DNA of 64,000 nt, from the NCBI GenBank assembly GCA_029856125.1, contig JAHQWJ010000014.1:96001-160000 (forward strand), given 5' to 3'. Of this stretch, positions 48,084 to 59,106 are shown in pieces. The number at the start of each line of letters is the position of its first letter. The stretch's first letter is position 1. The notes beneath the pieces were generated by a model. That model searched no databases, was not told where the DNA came from, and saw only the letters and a list, made by a program, of their open reading frames with translations. This DNA is from Promethearchaeia archaeon (lineage in GTDB: Archaea > Asgardarchaeota > Lokiarchaeia > Sigyniarchaeales > SOKP01). Position numbers and translations under genes: made by a program.

Positions 48084-49490
48084 TCAGATTTTTTTCAATT
48101 CTTCTCTTATGCGTTCAAGTCTTTCTCCATGTAAACCATAAGATTTCATGGCTAGAAGTCCAATTACAAGTGCGATGCTAGGAAAGATAACCATTATAGC
48201 TTTTAGACCTAATATAACTAAATATGGATCTGAAGGTAAGGGATCAAATTGTTTGTCCCAACCTATATTTCCAAACATAAGTCCAATAGTTAAAATGACT
48301 AAGATTATTGAGATTCGATGAATAAATGCGTTAATTCCATAAAAGCTTGCAGATCGCTTAACTCCGAATTTAACTGCGTCTTCGTCAATAACGTCAGCGT
48401 GTAAAATATCTACGTAAAACAATGCTCCCGACAATGGAAATCCTTGAAGTGCTATAAGAAGAATAAATGCGATTTGAAATGCTTCTCCAGTTATAAATAA
48501 GAATGGAAACAGTGTACAAATCCAAATTCCTAATGTTATCATGAAAGCTTTTCGCATTCCGTATTTCAAGCCTAATTTTTTGTGAATTGGCAATACAAGG
48601 GCAGCAATGACAAAAGCCAACATAAGCGCTATCCCGACTATAAGCGAACCTCCTCCTGCAAAAAGAGAACCTCCAATAACGAATTCAGCGTAAATGGGGA
48701 TAATCATCGGTAAAATGCTAAAACAATACCAAACTGCTGTATTTGCTACAACAAATTTTACAAATGTTTTGTTTGTTAGTGTAATTTTCATTGATTTAAA
48801 AAACGATGGTCTTTTTTCAAAATCTTCTGCTTTTTCTACTTTTTCTTCAATGCCCTTCAAGAGAAACGGTATTGAGATTAAAATCGTAAAAACGGCTACG
48901 ACGATCGCCATCATAAAATATTCGCTTTTAGCGAGGGGAATTGCGGCGTCTGCTGGAACATAATCCGAAATAAATATCATCGGAATAAGCGAGCTTAAAA
49001 TTAAGGCAACTACGGTTAGGCCTTTTATAAATAAATTAGCAGAAGCTCTCTTCTTCTCATTTGGGAACATTTCTGGGAAAATTGCGTTCACATTTACATC
49101 AAACATAGTATAGAAGAACTCAAAGATAACAATCGTCGTTAAAAAGTAAATAAACTCAAGCATTTTATCACTTGTATTGAATGGCACATAGAACATTAAA
49201 ACTACCATAGCGCATAACGGAATTATCGAAATGAGTAGATAAAACTTTCTTTTACCCCACTTTCCTCTATGTTTCGTCCTTTCCGAGAGTGCTCCGAGCA
49301 TTGGATCGTTAACTGCATTCCATATACCCCAAAGAACATATGTAATTATCATTAAATCCAAAGGTATTTTGACGACTGTAAAATAGAAGGTGAAAATCAA
49401 GAATTGAAAGATTTGGTAAGTAAGCTGATCTGGAAATGCACTAAGCCCAAAAAGGAATTTCTTCTTAAATGTTAATTTCTCTTCACTCAT
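48084..49490 (-). CDS. MFS transporter, GPH (glycoside-pentoside-hexuronide) family
   Basis: WNAVNDPMLGALSERT...WGKRK, ADVIDED, 12 TM. Confidence 0.9.
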   Translation of the reverse strand: MSEEKLTFKKKFLFGLSAFPDQLTYQIFQFLIFTFYFTVVKIPLDLMIITYVLWGIWNAVNDPMLGALSERTKHRGKWGKRKFYLLISIIPLCAMVVLMFYVPFNTSDKMLEFIYFLTTIVIFEFFYTMFDVNVNAIFPEMFPNEKKRASANLFIKGLTVVALILSSLIPMIFISDYVPADAAIPLAKSEYFMMAIVVAVFTILISIPFLLKGIEEKVEKAEDFEKRPSFFKSMKITLTNKTFVKFVVANTAVWYCFSILPMIIPIYAEFVIGGSLFAGGGSLIVGIALMLAFVIAALVLPIHKKLGLKYGMRKAFMITLGIWICTLFPFLFITGEAFQIAFILLIALQGFPLSGALFYVDILHADVIDEDAVKFGVKRSASFYGINAFIHRISIILVILTIGLMFGNIGWDKQFDPLPSDPYLVILGLKAIMVIFPSIALVIGLLAMKSYGLHGERLERIREELKKI

Positions 49491-49799
49491 TTTTAATACC
49501 TAAATTCTAATTAAATTTTAATTGAGTTTGATTACATTATATTTTATTTAAAATTATGCTTAATTAAAGTCAAAAAGGAGCTCTTAAAAGGTTAACTCAG
49601 ATATTCTCTTCTAATGATGTTCAATTATATTATCTTCTTACATTTAAGTTTAAATAGAATTAATTGGGTTAAAACCTACGAACAATCAATAGCAAATGCT
49701 GTTTTTTTAAAAAATGAAACATATATTTTAAAACAAGGAATTTATATTTTTTAATACTACATATGAAAAAACTAATATACGAAAAAGAGAAGAAAAACG

Positions 49800-50597
49800 A
49801 TGAAAATTATTGATATTGAAGGCGTAGGAGAAAAATACGCAAAGAAACTAGAAAAAGCCGCTATTGCAAATGTTGAAGACTTAATACCGTTAAAATGGAG
49901 CGAAATTAAAGAGCTTGCTAAAACAACTAGTATTTCTTTAAAATTACTTGAAAAATGGCAAGATCAAACAGAATTAATGGTTATTAAAGGTGTTGGTCCT
50001 GAATATTCAGAAGTTCTAAATAAAGTTGGCATTGATTCTACAAGAGAACTTGCCTATCGAAACCCTAAGAACACGTTAGAAAGCATTGTTAAGTTTGATA
50101 AGGAACAACCTGACGTTATAAGAAAAATCCCTAAAGTTGAAGAAATTGAGGATTGGATTAACAAGGCAAAAGAACTCAATAATGTGAAGAAAACTAAGAC
50201 AATCCCTAAAGAAACCCCAATTATTGACATCGAGGGAATCGGTAAAAAATACGGAAAAACTATGGAAAAAGCAGGGTTTCTTGATGTTGAGAGTTTAATA
50301 GGATTAGACAGAGATGGAATTAAAAAATTAGCAGAAAAAACAAAGATTTCCGAAAAATTACTGGATAAATGGGCAGAACACGCTGATTTAATGAGAATTG
50401 ATGGCGTAGGTCCTGAATATGCCGAGGTAATTAATGAAATTGGAATTGACTCGGTTAAAGAATTTGCTCAACGTAACCCTAATAACACTTTAGATCGAAT
50501 AGTGAAATTAGATAAGGAAAAGCCTGATATGTTTAGAAAACCTCCAACATTAAGCATGATTGAAGATTGGATTGAAGAAGCTAAAAAAATTAAATAA
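49800..50597 (+). CDS. Tandem DUF4332-like helix-hairpin-helix protein (two internal repeats)
   Basis: IIDIEGVG...LMVIKGVGPEYSE...WI repeated as IIDIEGIG...LMRIDGVGPEYAE...WI. Confidence 0.88.
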   Translation: MKIIDIEGVGEKYAKKLEKAAIANVEDLIPLKWSEIKELAKTTSISLKLLEKWQDQTELMVIKGVGPEYSEVLNKVGIDSTRELAYRNPKNTLESIVKFDKEQPDVIRKIPKVEEIEDWINKAKELNNVKKTKTIPKETPIIDIEGIGKKYGKTMEKAGFLDVESLIGLDRDGIKKLAEKTKISEKLLDKWAEHADLMRIDGVGPEYAEVINEIGIDSVKEFAQRNPNNTLDRIVKLDKEKPDMFRKPPTLSMIEDWIEEAKKIK

Positions 50598-50682
50598 CTA
50601 TTTCTATAATACATTTTTCTTTTTTTTATATAAAACATAATTGTTTCTATAAGCTAAATAAATAAAGGAGTTTACTTAAAAA

Positions 50683-51267
50683 ATGGCAGATTTAAATTTA
50701 GAAGTAACATATTTTGAAAAGGGAGGACCTCAAAATACACAGAAGGCGTTGGAAATAGCAAAAAAATACGCAGATCAATTTGGTATAAAGGATATCGTTA
50801 TCGCCAGCACCACAGGAACATCAGCTGAAAAAGCTGCTGAAATTTTTAACCCAAAGGATTATAACATAATGATCGTGACCCATGCCTATTATTTTGTAAA
50901 TAGTACAACAAGACAAGAATTTCCTGAGGAAAAATTGAATAGTCTTAAGGAACTTGGCTTAAAATTTCATATTGGGACGCATTCAATGAGTGGCATTGAA
51001 AGAGGAATACGATTGAAAAAAGAGGCTTGGCAATTTGTCGATTTATTAGCTAAGATGTTAGGATACCACTTCAGTCAAGGAGTAAAGGTATGCATAGAGA
51101 TATCCGCTACAATTTGCGATGCAGGACTAATCCCTGATCTTGAAAGAGACATAATTGCAGTTGGAGGCACTGGTAGAGGCGCTGATACTGTATGCCTAAT
51201 TAAGCCTGCTCCAACGAGTGATTTTAAAAATCTTAGAGTTAAAGCAATTTTTGCTAAACCTCTATAG
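50683..51267 (+). CDS. Pyruvate kinase alpha/beta (PK_C)-like stand-alone protein
   Basis: YFEKGGPQNT, VIASTTG, HSMSGIER, QGVKVCIEI, GGTGRGADT. Confidence 0.85.
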   Translation: MADLNLEVTYFEKGGPQNTQKALEIAKKYADQFGIKDIVIASTTGTSAEKAAEIFNPKDYNIMIVTHAYYFVNSTTRQEFPEEKLNSLKELGLKFHIGTHSMSGIERGIRLKKEAWQFVDLLAKMLGYHFSQGVKVCIEISATICDAGLIPDLERDIIAVGGTGRGADTVCLIKPAPTSDFKNLRVKAIFAKPL

Positions 51268-51400
51268 TTTTATTGAAAAAAGAAAATTTAATTTTCTACT
51301 TTTTATTTTTTGAACATTCTAAGGAAGTGTGAATCCGACGACACAAAATTAATAAGAAAATGGATTATAAAATCTATTAATTAAAATTATCTAAATAAAA

Positions 51401-52786
51401 ATGATTAAAATGTCGTTAGATATAAATAACGAAGAAATTGAAGTCGAAACTACAACATCTAAGCGTAACGTGTTTTACTGGAGTATGTACGACCTTGCAA
51501 ATACGATTTTTTCTATGATTATTGTTAGTCTAATCATTAACCGCTATATACTGGTGATAGGTCAACTCGAATACAGTATGTCTTATGGTGGTGCTAACTT
51601 TCTCTTTGGTGTAGCTGCCTTTGTTATGCAGATAGGAATAGCAATCTGCATCCCTTTTTTAGGAGCGCTCAGTGATAATGTGGGAAAGAGAAAACCTTTT
51701 GTTATCAGCTTAACAGGAATTATCCTTCTTTTTGCAAGTTTACTTGGATTTTCTCACGATCTTACGATGGTTTTCTTGTTTTACATCATTGCAAATGTCG
51801 CTTATCAATTTAGTTTATTGTTCTATGATGCGATGCTTCCATTTATTGCTAAAAGAGGAGATATTGGAAAAGTTGCCGGATTTGGAGTTGCTTGGGGCTA
51901 TTTTGGCACGATCATTTCTCTCTTTATTATGTTGCCTTTAATAGCAAATGATATAAATTCTGATCCTTTACAGGGGCCTGTAGTATATGGTTATACAGGT
52001 AGTTGGTTCACATTTGTTCTACCCATGATTCTATTCTTAGTTTTTGCAATTCCGTTTATTTTTGTTCGTGAAAAGCAGAAAAAAGGTAAAAGACCTCCTG
52101 TAGGCCAATTAATCGGTAATACTTTTAAGCAGTTACGTAGTACATTTAGAGACATCAGAAAACATAGATCGATGTTGATCTTTATTATAGGTTATTTTTT
52201 TGTTGCTGACATTGCTAATGTTATAGTTATATATATGACACCAATTGTTACCGATGGATTAATTCTTGGAGGTGGAACAACAACATGGGCTATACTTTTT
52301 ATAATAATTGCCACATTTTCAGCTGTTGTCTTTACTTACTTTATTGGAAAATTCGGCGAAAAATACGGTGCAAAGAAAACCTTTTACCTTGTAGGCGCCT
52401 TATGGGGTTTTGCGTTAACAGTTGGGATTGTATTAATTTTTACAACATCATCTATTGACGTTGGTGCAAATCTCCCGTTTATATTTAGTATTATTATGGG
52501 AATGGTAGCGGGTGCAGCTTTGGGTGGAACATGGACAGCACAACGAATTATGGTAGTAGAGCTTGCTCCTAAAGAAAAGTTTGGAGAGTTTTTTGGATTT
52601 TCTAAGCTAAGCGGAAAACTCTCTTCTGCAATAGGTCCATTTATTTGGGGCACTGTTATGATAACTTACGATGTAATAGGCAAAGCGGCATATGGTTGGG
52701 CAATGATCTCTGTAGGTATTATATTAGCATTAGGCATCTTTATCCTAAGTTTCATCCAAAAAGAATCGTCGCAAGAAAATACTTAA
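51401..52786 (+). CDS. MFS transporter (UMF1-like)
   Basis: WSMYDLANTIF, GALSDNVGKRK, FYDAML, GEFFGF, 12 TM. Confidence 0.9.
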   Translation: MIKMSLDINNEEIEVETTTSKRNVFYWSMYDLANTIFSMIIVSLIINRYILVIGQLEYSMSYGGANFLFGVAAFVMQIGIAICIPFLGALSDNVGKRKPFVISLTGIILLFASLLGFSHDLTMVFLFYIIANVAYQFSLLFYDAMLPFIAKRGDIGKVAGFGVAWGYFGTIISLFIMLPLIANDINSDPLQGPVVYGYTGSWFTFVLPMILFLVFAIPFIFVREKQKKGKRPPVGQLIGNTFKQLRSTFRDIRKHRSMLIFIIGYFFVADIANVIVIYMTPIVTDGLILGGGTTTWAILFIIIATFSAVVFTYFIGKFGEKYGAKKTFYLVGALWGFALTVGIVLIFTTSSIDVGANLPFIFSIIMGMVAGAALGGTWTAQRIMVVELAPKEKFGEFFGFSKLSGKLSSAIGPFIWGTVMITYDVIGKAAYGWAMISVGIILALGIFILSFIQKESSQENT

Positions 52787-52914
52787 TTACTATTTTTTTT
52801 TTATTTTTTAAAGTAAAGAAAATAAAGCTTTAACTCAGCAGATACTAAAAAAATAATAAGAAAAAAAAACCTACAAGGTTAATCTTAATTTTAATAAGAG
52901 AATAAATAATATTC

Positions 52915-54069
52915 TTAAACTTTCCCTTTTTCGGGGATAATGTTAACACGTCTATGAGGGCCTTTAATCAAGGATATCGCATTTTCAGGACACAAATAAG
53001 CGCATACGCCACATCCGATACATTCTTCTTCAACTTTTTCGGCAATTCCGTGCTCATTTATTTCTAATACTTGATTAAAACATTTTTCGACACATGTGCC
53101 ACACCCCCTGCACAAATCTTGATCAATATCAACTGTGAAACTAGCTATATTAACATTAGGATATGTTACAGAAACTTTACTAGTTGAGCAGCAACAGCTG
53201 CAACAATTGCAGATTGCTACTTCATCTTTACTTAAATCTGAATTTAGGTGATAAACCTTATGAACCAATCCTGCATCTTCAATGTCTTTTAAAATTTTTA
53301 ACGCTTCTGCTTTAGAGATAAGCCTAGTGAAACCATGTTTAGTTGTATGCCTTGCGCTTTTACCTAGAGTAAAACAGCTTTCTCCAGGAGGGTTTTGTTC
53401 ACATGTATGTCCTAAGAAATCTTCTTTTTGTCGGCAATAACATTGACCAACTGCTATATCGTCAAATTTTTCTATGAGTTCTTTTATATCTTGTGTAGTT
53501 ATAATCTGTTCTTCAGGAACTTCTAGTTCTTCATTGACAATTATTTTAATGTCTTCACCAGTTTCTTTATTTTCTCTAATAGGAACTGTTCGATCCTGTG
53601 CTGGCATGCCTTTCACCATATTGGGAAGATTATCGTAATCATCTTGAGCTATAGCAGCTAATTTTTTTTCTGATTCGTTGAATAAACGCGCTAATTCTAT
53701 ATATTCGTCTGTTTTTTCCAGCCTTTTCATGAAAGTATATTCAAACTGTCGATAAATGGGCGCTAATCGAAAGACCACTACACCGTGACGATTGGGTTGG
53801 TCAAACATTACACCACGTTTCGCTAGCTGATCAACTTTTTTCAAAATTTCTTCTTCAGAGTAAGTCTTCTCGCAATATTTTGCGATGCTCTCCTTTAACT
53901 GTTCCATTGTTTGAGATATATTTTTTTTAAATGCCACTAAAAAATCTAGATTGTCTTCCGATATGGAGTATTTTAAAATTTCTATGACACTATCTGTCAG
54001 AATATATGGTCCAGCTTTATTTAGTATATTACCAATTTGTTTATATTTCGCATTAATTTCATTCGACAT
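52915..54069 (-). CDS. 4Fe-4S dicluster domain protein
   Basis: CYCR, ICNCCSCCC, CRGCGTCVEKC, CIGCGVCAYLCP. Confidence 0.9.
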   Translation of the reverse strand: MSNEINAKYKQIGNILNKAGPYILTDSVIEILKYSISEDNLDFLVAFKKNISQTMEQLKESIAKYCEKTYSEEEILKKVDQLAKRGVMFDQPNRHGVVVFRLAPIYRQFEYTFMKRLEKTDEYIELARLFNESEKKLAAIAQDDYDNLPNMVKGMPAQDRTVPIRENKETGEDIKIIVNEELEVPEEQIITTQDIKELIEKFDDIAVGQCYCRQKEDFLGHTCEQNPPGESCFTLGKSARHTTKHGFTRLISKAEALKILKDIEDAGLVHKVYHLNSDLSKDEVAICNCCSCCCSTSKVSVTYPNVNIASFTVDIDQDLCRGCGTCVEKCFNQVLEINEHGIAEKVEEECIGCGVCAYLCPENAISLIKGPHRRVNIIPEKGKV

Positions 54070-54146
54070 AATATTTTCACTGAGTTTTATTTCAATAATA
54101 CTTGATGTTATAAGTAAAAATAAAGAAAAAAAATATTAGAAAATAC

Positions 54147-55334
54147 CTAAATTATATCTAACTTCTTACCAACTTTTTCGATTGAACTTAAAGCTGTGTT
54201 CAAATCATCTTTAGTAAGTAAGGCGTTCATTTGCACTCTTATTCTTGAGAGTTCTCGGGCGACCATTGGAAAGACTATTGGTGTGCCATAGATATTTTCT
54301 TCTTCGAATAAGATTCTTGCGAGTTCTTGAGCTTTACCAGGATCGCCAATAATCAAAGGAATGATTGGTGTTTCTGATCTACCAGTGTCGTATCCCATAC
54401 TTTGAACTTCTTTCTTGAAATAGTTAGTATGTTCCCAGACTGATTTAAAGTGTTGAGGTTCGTTTTCAACAACTTCTATTGAAGCGATGTTAGCTGCTAC
54501 TATTCCAGGTGGATGCGCTGTGCTTAACAAATAGGTTCTACTTTTGTTCGTACAGAATTCAATTAAGTCTTTAGAACCAGCAACGGTACCACCAAAAACT
54601 CCGAAACCTTTGCTCATTGAGCCTCCTTCCACGTGAACTTTTCCTTGCAAATTAAAATGTGCTACTATACCTTTACCTTTCCCAAGAATACCTTCACCAT
54701 GGCAATCGTCTACAAAAACCATCGCTCCAAAGTCTTCTGCTACATTAACGATCTTATCTAATGGAGCCATGTCACCATCCATACTAAAGACTCCATCGGT
54801 AATGATGCAAATTCTTCTAGCTCCACCTTTTTCAGCTTCTTTTAATTGTTTTTCTAAATCTGAAATATCTCTATGTTTATAAATAACGCGCTTCGCACCA
54901 GACAATCTAACACCATCAATAATAGACCCATGGTTTAATTCGTCTGAGACAACTATATCAGGCTTTCCAACCAACATAGGAATTACTCCTGAATTAACTG
55001 CAAATCCCGTCTGACATAAGAGTGACGCTTCTACTTCTTTATATTTAGCAAATTTTTCTTGAAATTCACGGGTTAAATCAAAACTCCCAGCAATTACTGG
55101 AACTGCTCCTGCCCCTGCTCCATATTTTTTAGTAGCGTCAATTGCTGCCTGAATAATTTTTGGATGCGTAGCTAATCCCAAATAATTATTTGTATTAAGC
55201 ATCAATACTTCTTTTCCATTTACAACACAGTGTGGCTTAGAACCGCCTTCTAAATATCGAATAACCCATTCAAGATTGTTACCTCTCAATTCGGTCATAT
55301 CCTCCTTAAGAAAAGCAACTGGATCTCTCTTCAT
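54147..55334 (-). CDS. kbl: Glycine C-acetyltransferase (2-amino-3-ketobutyrate CoA ligase)
   Basis: NNYLGL, SDELNHGSIIDG, TDGVFSMDGD, VDDCHG, GSMSKG, ARELSRIRVQ; divergent from tdh. Confidence 0.82.
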   Translation of the reverse strand: MKRDPVAFLKEDMTELRGNNLEWVIRYLEGGSKPHCVVNGKEVLMLNTNNYLGLATHPKIIQAAIDATKKYGAGAGAVPVIAGSFDLTREFQEKFAKYKEVEASLLCQTGFAVNSGVIPMLVGKPDIVVSDELNHGSIIDGVRLSGAKRVIYKHRDISDLEKQLKEAEKGGARRICIITDGVFSMDGDMAPLDKIVNVAEDFGAMVFVDDCHGEGILGKGKGIVAHFNLQGKVHVEGGSMSKGFGVFGGTVAGSKDLIEFCTNKSRTYLLSTAHPPGIVAANIASIEVVENEPQHFKSVWEHTNYFKKEVQSMGYDTGRSETPIIPLIIGDPGKAQELARILFEEENIYGTPIVFPMVARELSRIRVQMNALLTKDDLNTALSSIEKVGKKLDII

Positions 55335-55522
55335 ATCTTCATATCACCTTAAATTTTTTTGAAACATGTGTAAATTAATAAATTAAGTCTATTTAGAAAA
55401 CTATATTAGTTTTTGCTATAATAAATAAAAGGGGTTCAAAGTGGGAGAAAAATGGATAAAGCTTTTTTAATTGGGTGAATTATGAATGTCATTATATTTA
55501 CTCAGAATTATGAATATGAAAA

Positions 55523-56479
55523 TTGATGAATATGAGTAGAAAAATACTTGTTATTGGTTCGGCCGGACAGATAGGATCTGAACTCGTTCCAGCGTTAAGA
55601 CAAAAATATGGCGGAGAAAACGTAATAGCTACTGGGAGAAGAACTCCACTTCCCGATGCTATTAAAAAATCGGGACCTGTAATATACTTGGACATTTTAG
55701 ATAAGAATTCGATAGCTAAAGCAATCTTTGAGTATGAAATAGATACAATCTTTCACATGGCTTCTATTTTATCAGCAACTGGAGAAAAAATACCTCAAAC
55801 AGCTTGGGATATAAACCTAAACGGCTTAATTAACGTATTGGAAGTTGCGAGAAGTTACAATATTGATAGAGTCATTTGGCCTAGCTCGATAGCTGCTTTT
55901 GGTCCTACAACACCCCGAGAAAATACGCCTAATATTACGGTGCTGCAACCTACTACTATGTATGGTATAACTAAAGTAGCAGGAGAGCTCTTAGCAGAAT
56001 ATTATTACAATAAATACAGTCTTGATATAAGATCCATAAGATTACCCGGAATAATAAGCAGTGAAACCTTACCCGGAGGTGGAACCACGGACTACGCCGT
56101 AGAGATCTTCTACGAGGCTATTAAAAATAAGCAATATACTTGCTTTTTAAAGGAGGATACTGTTCTGCCTATGTTATACATGCCAGATTGTAACAAATGT
56201 ATGATAGATCTTTTAGAAGCAGATAATTCAAAACTAAAGCGTCGAGTTTATAATTTAACGGGGATAAGTTTTTCTGCCGGTGAGATCGCAGCAGAGATTA
56301 AGAAACATATTCCTGAATTTAAGATCGAATATAAGGCAGATTTCAGGCAAGCAATAGCCGATTCTTGGCCGAAGACAATTGACGATTCGCTTGCTCGAGA
56401 AGAATGGGGCTGGAACCCTGAGTACGATCTTGAATCTATGACAAAAGATATGATCGATATTTTAAGTAAAAGATTGTAA
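55523..56479 (+). CDS. tdh: L-threonine 3-dehydrogenase (SDR/NAD-dependent epimerase type)
   Basis: GSAGQIG, LSATGE, PSSIAAFG, YGITK, GGGTTDYA, RQAIADSWP. Confidence 0.88.
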   Translation: MMNMSRKILVIGSAGQIGSELVPALRQKYGGENVIATGRRTPLPDAIKKSGPVIYLDILDKNSIAKAIFEYEIDTIFHMASILSATGEKIPQTAWDINLNGLINVLEVARSYNIDRVIWPSSIAAFGPTTPRENTPNITVLQPTTMYGITKVAGELLAEYYYNKYSLDIRSIRLPGIISSETLPGGGTTDYAVEIFYEAIKNKQYTCFLKEDTVLPMLYMPDCNKCMIDLLEADNSKLKRRVYNLTGISFSAGEIAAEIKKHIPEFKIEYKADFRQAIADSWPKTIDDSLAREEWGWNPEYDLESMTKDMIDILSKRL

Positions 56480-56546
56480 AAATTATAAATCATAATTCCT
56501 ATTTTCTTTTTGATAATTTAATAGATTTACAAGTGAATTTTGCTAA

Positions 56547-57329
56547 GTGAGATATGTAATGAAAATTGTATTTCATAAAAGATATTATAATTCAAATTAC
56601 GCTATGGACCCAGCAGCAGCTCCCGGGCGTTTAGAAGGTATAATCGAAATCCTATCGAAAAATGAAGATTGTAAGTTTATCGAACCAAAGCCAGGTACAG
56701 AAGATGACATCTTAAGGGCTCACACTGAACGGCATTTCAATTATGTTAAACGAGATTCTTTATTGTTAGAACTTGCTTCACTTGCAGCTGGAGGAGCTAT
56801 TTTAGCGGCAGAAGAGGCTTATGGTGGTAATCCTACTTTTGCTGTAATTCGACCTCCTGGCCATCACGCATCAACAGACTCTTGCTGGGGCTTCTGTTAC
56901 TTCAATAATATAAGTATAAGCCTACTAAAACTGTTCTCAGAGGAGAAAATTAAATCTGCGTTCGTTCTAGACTTCGATTTACACACAGGTGATGGTAACA
57001 TCAATATTTTAACCTTTAGAGATAGCGAATTTCGAGTTAAAATTCTCAATCCCGATTCAAGCGGAAGAACAAGCTATCTTAAAGAAGTTCAAAACTATTT
57101 GGAAGAATTAGATAATATTGATATTTTTGTGGCTTCAGCTGGTTTTGATCAAGGAATTGAAGATTGGGGCCATCTCCTTTATCCTGAAGACTATGAAGAG
57201 TTAGGAAAATTGATGAAAATATATTCTGAGAAGTTATGTAAAGGGCGGAGATATGCGCTTTTAGAAGGTGGTTATAATCACGAGGTATTGCCTATAAATG
57301 TGAATTCCTTCTGTCAAGGATTTAAATGA
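56547..57329 (+). CDS. Compact histone deacetylase (HDAC/AcuC) family protein
   Basis: RPPGHHA, GFCYFNN, DFDLHTGDG, SAGFD, LEGGY. Confidence 0.92.
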   Translation: MRYVMKIVFHKRYYNSNYAMDPAAAPGRLEGIIEILSKNEDCKFIEPKPGTEDDILRAHTERHFNYVKRDSLLLELASLAAGGAILAAEEAYGGNPTFAVIRPPGHHASTDSCWGFCYFNNISISLLKLFSEEKIKSAFVLDFDLHTGDGNINILTFRDSEFRVKILNPDSSGRTSYLKEVQNYLEELDNIDIFVASAGFDQGIEDWGHLLYPEDYEELGKLMKIYSEKLCKGRRYALLEGGYNHEVLPINVNSFCQGFK

Positions 57330-57358
57330 AGATAGAGCTGTTAATAAAAAACTGGAAA

Positions 57359-57607
57359 TTAAAGCTTTTTATCTTTTATTTTCTTGAAAGCAACTACAAC
57401 TATTATAAAAGTAGGAATGTTCATAGCTAACAATAGTAATAAGTCCACGATAGTCAAAGGTTGATATACTGGTGGATCTGTAAGCCCGATAGCATTAGGA
57501 GGCAACCATCCTGCAACTAAAAGAAGTCCAATTATTACTTGCATTAAAAAAAAGCCCAAATACCCAACAAATGGTAGAAATTTTATACTTTTGTCTAGTT
57601 TTGTCAT
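57359..57607 (-). CDS. Small 2-TM membrane protein
   Basis: Two hydrophobic segments; GGAGG SD upstream, 17 bp from preceding gene. Confidence 0.7.
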   Translation of the reverse strand: MTKLDKSIKFLPFVGYLGFFLMQVIIGLLLVAGWLPPNAIGLTDPPVYQPLTIVDLLLLLAMNIPTFIIVVVAFKKIKDKKL

Positions 57608-57624
57608 AGTTTATCCCTCCATAC

Positions 57625-58380
57625 CTAATTCAACCACGGCCACCATGATAAATCGTTCCCTTTAAATGGCGTTAATAAAATTGCACAAATTATGATGATC
57701 CCAATCACAAACAGTAACGGTAAGAAAACTAATATAAAATATACTCCATTTGTTTTTATTGACGACCTTGTTTCATGTCGGGGGGCATATTTTTCCCAAT
57801 ACCATATAAAATAATAATTAAATGAAACGACAAGCAGGAAAAACCCAATGAAATTGGTTACAGGTACTTGGAGAAACCAAAAAGCATCTTCTTTTACATT
57901 TAGCCAAATCCAGGCATATCTTCTAATAACGATTGGGTCAATTACGAAATCTATGGAGGTTCCCATCCATCCCGCAAGTAATAATTTCTTTAAAAGAGCT
58001 TTATTTGATTCGTTCGAAACGACCATTTCAGCTATTTGAAACGAACCGTATGTCAATATAAACCATGCACTCAAAACTACAAGGGGAATAGCTCCGATCC
58101 AGAACATGTAGGAATGAAAATTGTAATAATATGTTGGACCACCAAAGAGGTAGAAATAACCTTGAATGACCATGAAATTTTCTTCTATACCCGTTAAAAG
58201 AAATCCACCTAAGAAGAAAAGTATTATTTTTTTCCTTCCATATTTTTTATATCCATGGTAAATTAACAGCGCGACAAGTAGATAAGTAAATATTTCTATT
58301 ATATTTCCCAAACGAAAGCTATCTAAATACTTGATAAAGCTAAATAACTTTTCGTAAAAAAGCGGATCGTAATCTGCCAT
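57625..58380 (-). CDS. Carotenoid-biosynthesis (CruF/DUF422-like) membrane protein
   Basis: GAIPLVVLSAW, DFVIDP, WIW, VPVTNFIG. Confidence 0.75.
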   Translation of the reverse strand: MADYDPLFYEKLFSFIKYLDSFRLGNIIEIFTYLLVALLIYHGYKKYGRKKIILFFLGGFLLTGIEENFMVIQGYFYLFGGPTYYYNFHSYMFWIGAIPLVVLSAWFILTYGSFQIAEMVVSNESNKALLKKLLLAGWMGTSIDFVIDPIVIRRYAWIWLNVKEDAFWFLQVPVTNFIGFFLLVVSFNYYFIWYWEKYAPRHETRSSIKTNGVYFILVFLPLLFVIGIIIICAILLTPFKGNDLSWWPWLN

Positions 58381-58479
58381 TATAATTTTTAAAATGTTTT
58401 AAATTTCACTTAAACAAAGTTCGCTCTATTTATTTATAAATATTTTGGATAAAAATGATAAAAAAAAAATAGTTTAGAT

Positions 58480-59106
58480 TTAAAAGTTCTTTGATTTTCC
58501 TTTCATATCGAAATTAGCTACAACACCGCTTCTATTCTTAAACTCCCAATTTCTATCAAAATCTTTATAGTTCCAGAAATGAGTGTTGCATATTTTTAAA
58601 TCTGAAAGATATATACCAAATGGAGAATTTTCAAGTCTTTGAGGATTTTTTCCATCGAGTCCTGGAGTATAGGATAATTTCATTTCCCCGTAAGGCATAG
58701 TAACGTGGAAAGTATTTCCTTCTTGATTAAAATTAATATCCACATATTTTATCCCTAATACTTTCGATAGAATCATGCCACCTGGAATTCTATTTGTAAA
58801 AAAAGGTTCCAAGTATCTTCTTTGTTCTTCAGTAGTTTTATTGCTAAGATATACTCCTCCTTCTCCACCTTTCGTCAACACATCAGCGGCTTTATTAGAA
58901 TATAAATCAACTACATGAATCGCTAATACGCCTCCGATATCCACATCTCCTATTTTTCCTTCTTCAATTTGATATAATTGAAATGATTTACAAGGAGTGT
59001 CTCTGTCTCTTCCAAAATAATAAGAGCAATGCCCTTCTGATGCGCATGCTTCATGCCATACGCCTTTCATACTCCAACCAATTCTTTCTTTTGTTTCTTT
59101 AGACAA
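58480..59106 (-). CDS. DUF1326-like protein
   Basis: WSMKGVWHEAC...C...C, IEEGKIGDVDIGG, TEEQR. Confidence 0.7.
   Translation of the reverse strand: MSKETKERIGWSMKGVWHEACASEGHCSYYFGRDRDTPCKSFQLYQIEEGKIGDVDIGGVLAIHVVDLYSNKAADVLTKGGEGGVYLSNKTTEEQRRYLEPFFTNRIPGGMILSKVLGIKYVDINFNQEGNTFHVTMPYGEMKLSYTPGLDGKNPQRLENSPFGIYLSDLKICNTHFWNYKDFDRNWEFKNRSGVVANFDMKGKSKNF

Noticed and set aside
54147-55334. 8-amino-7-oxononanoate synthase (bioF) call
   Set aside because: Divergent pairing with threonine dehydrogenase and the RIRVQ motif favour Kbl, though the families are close
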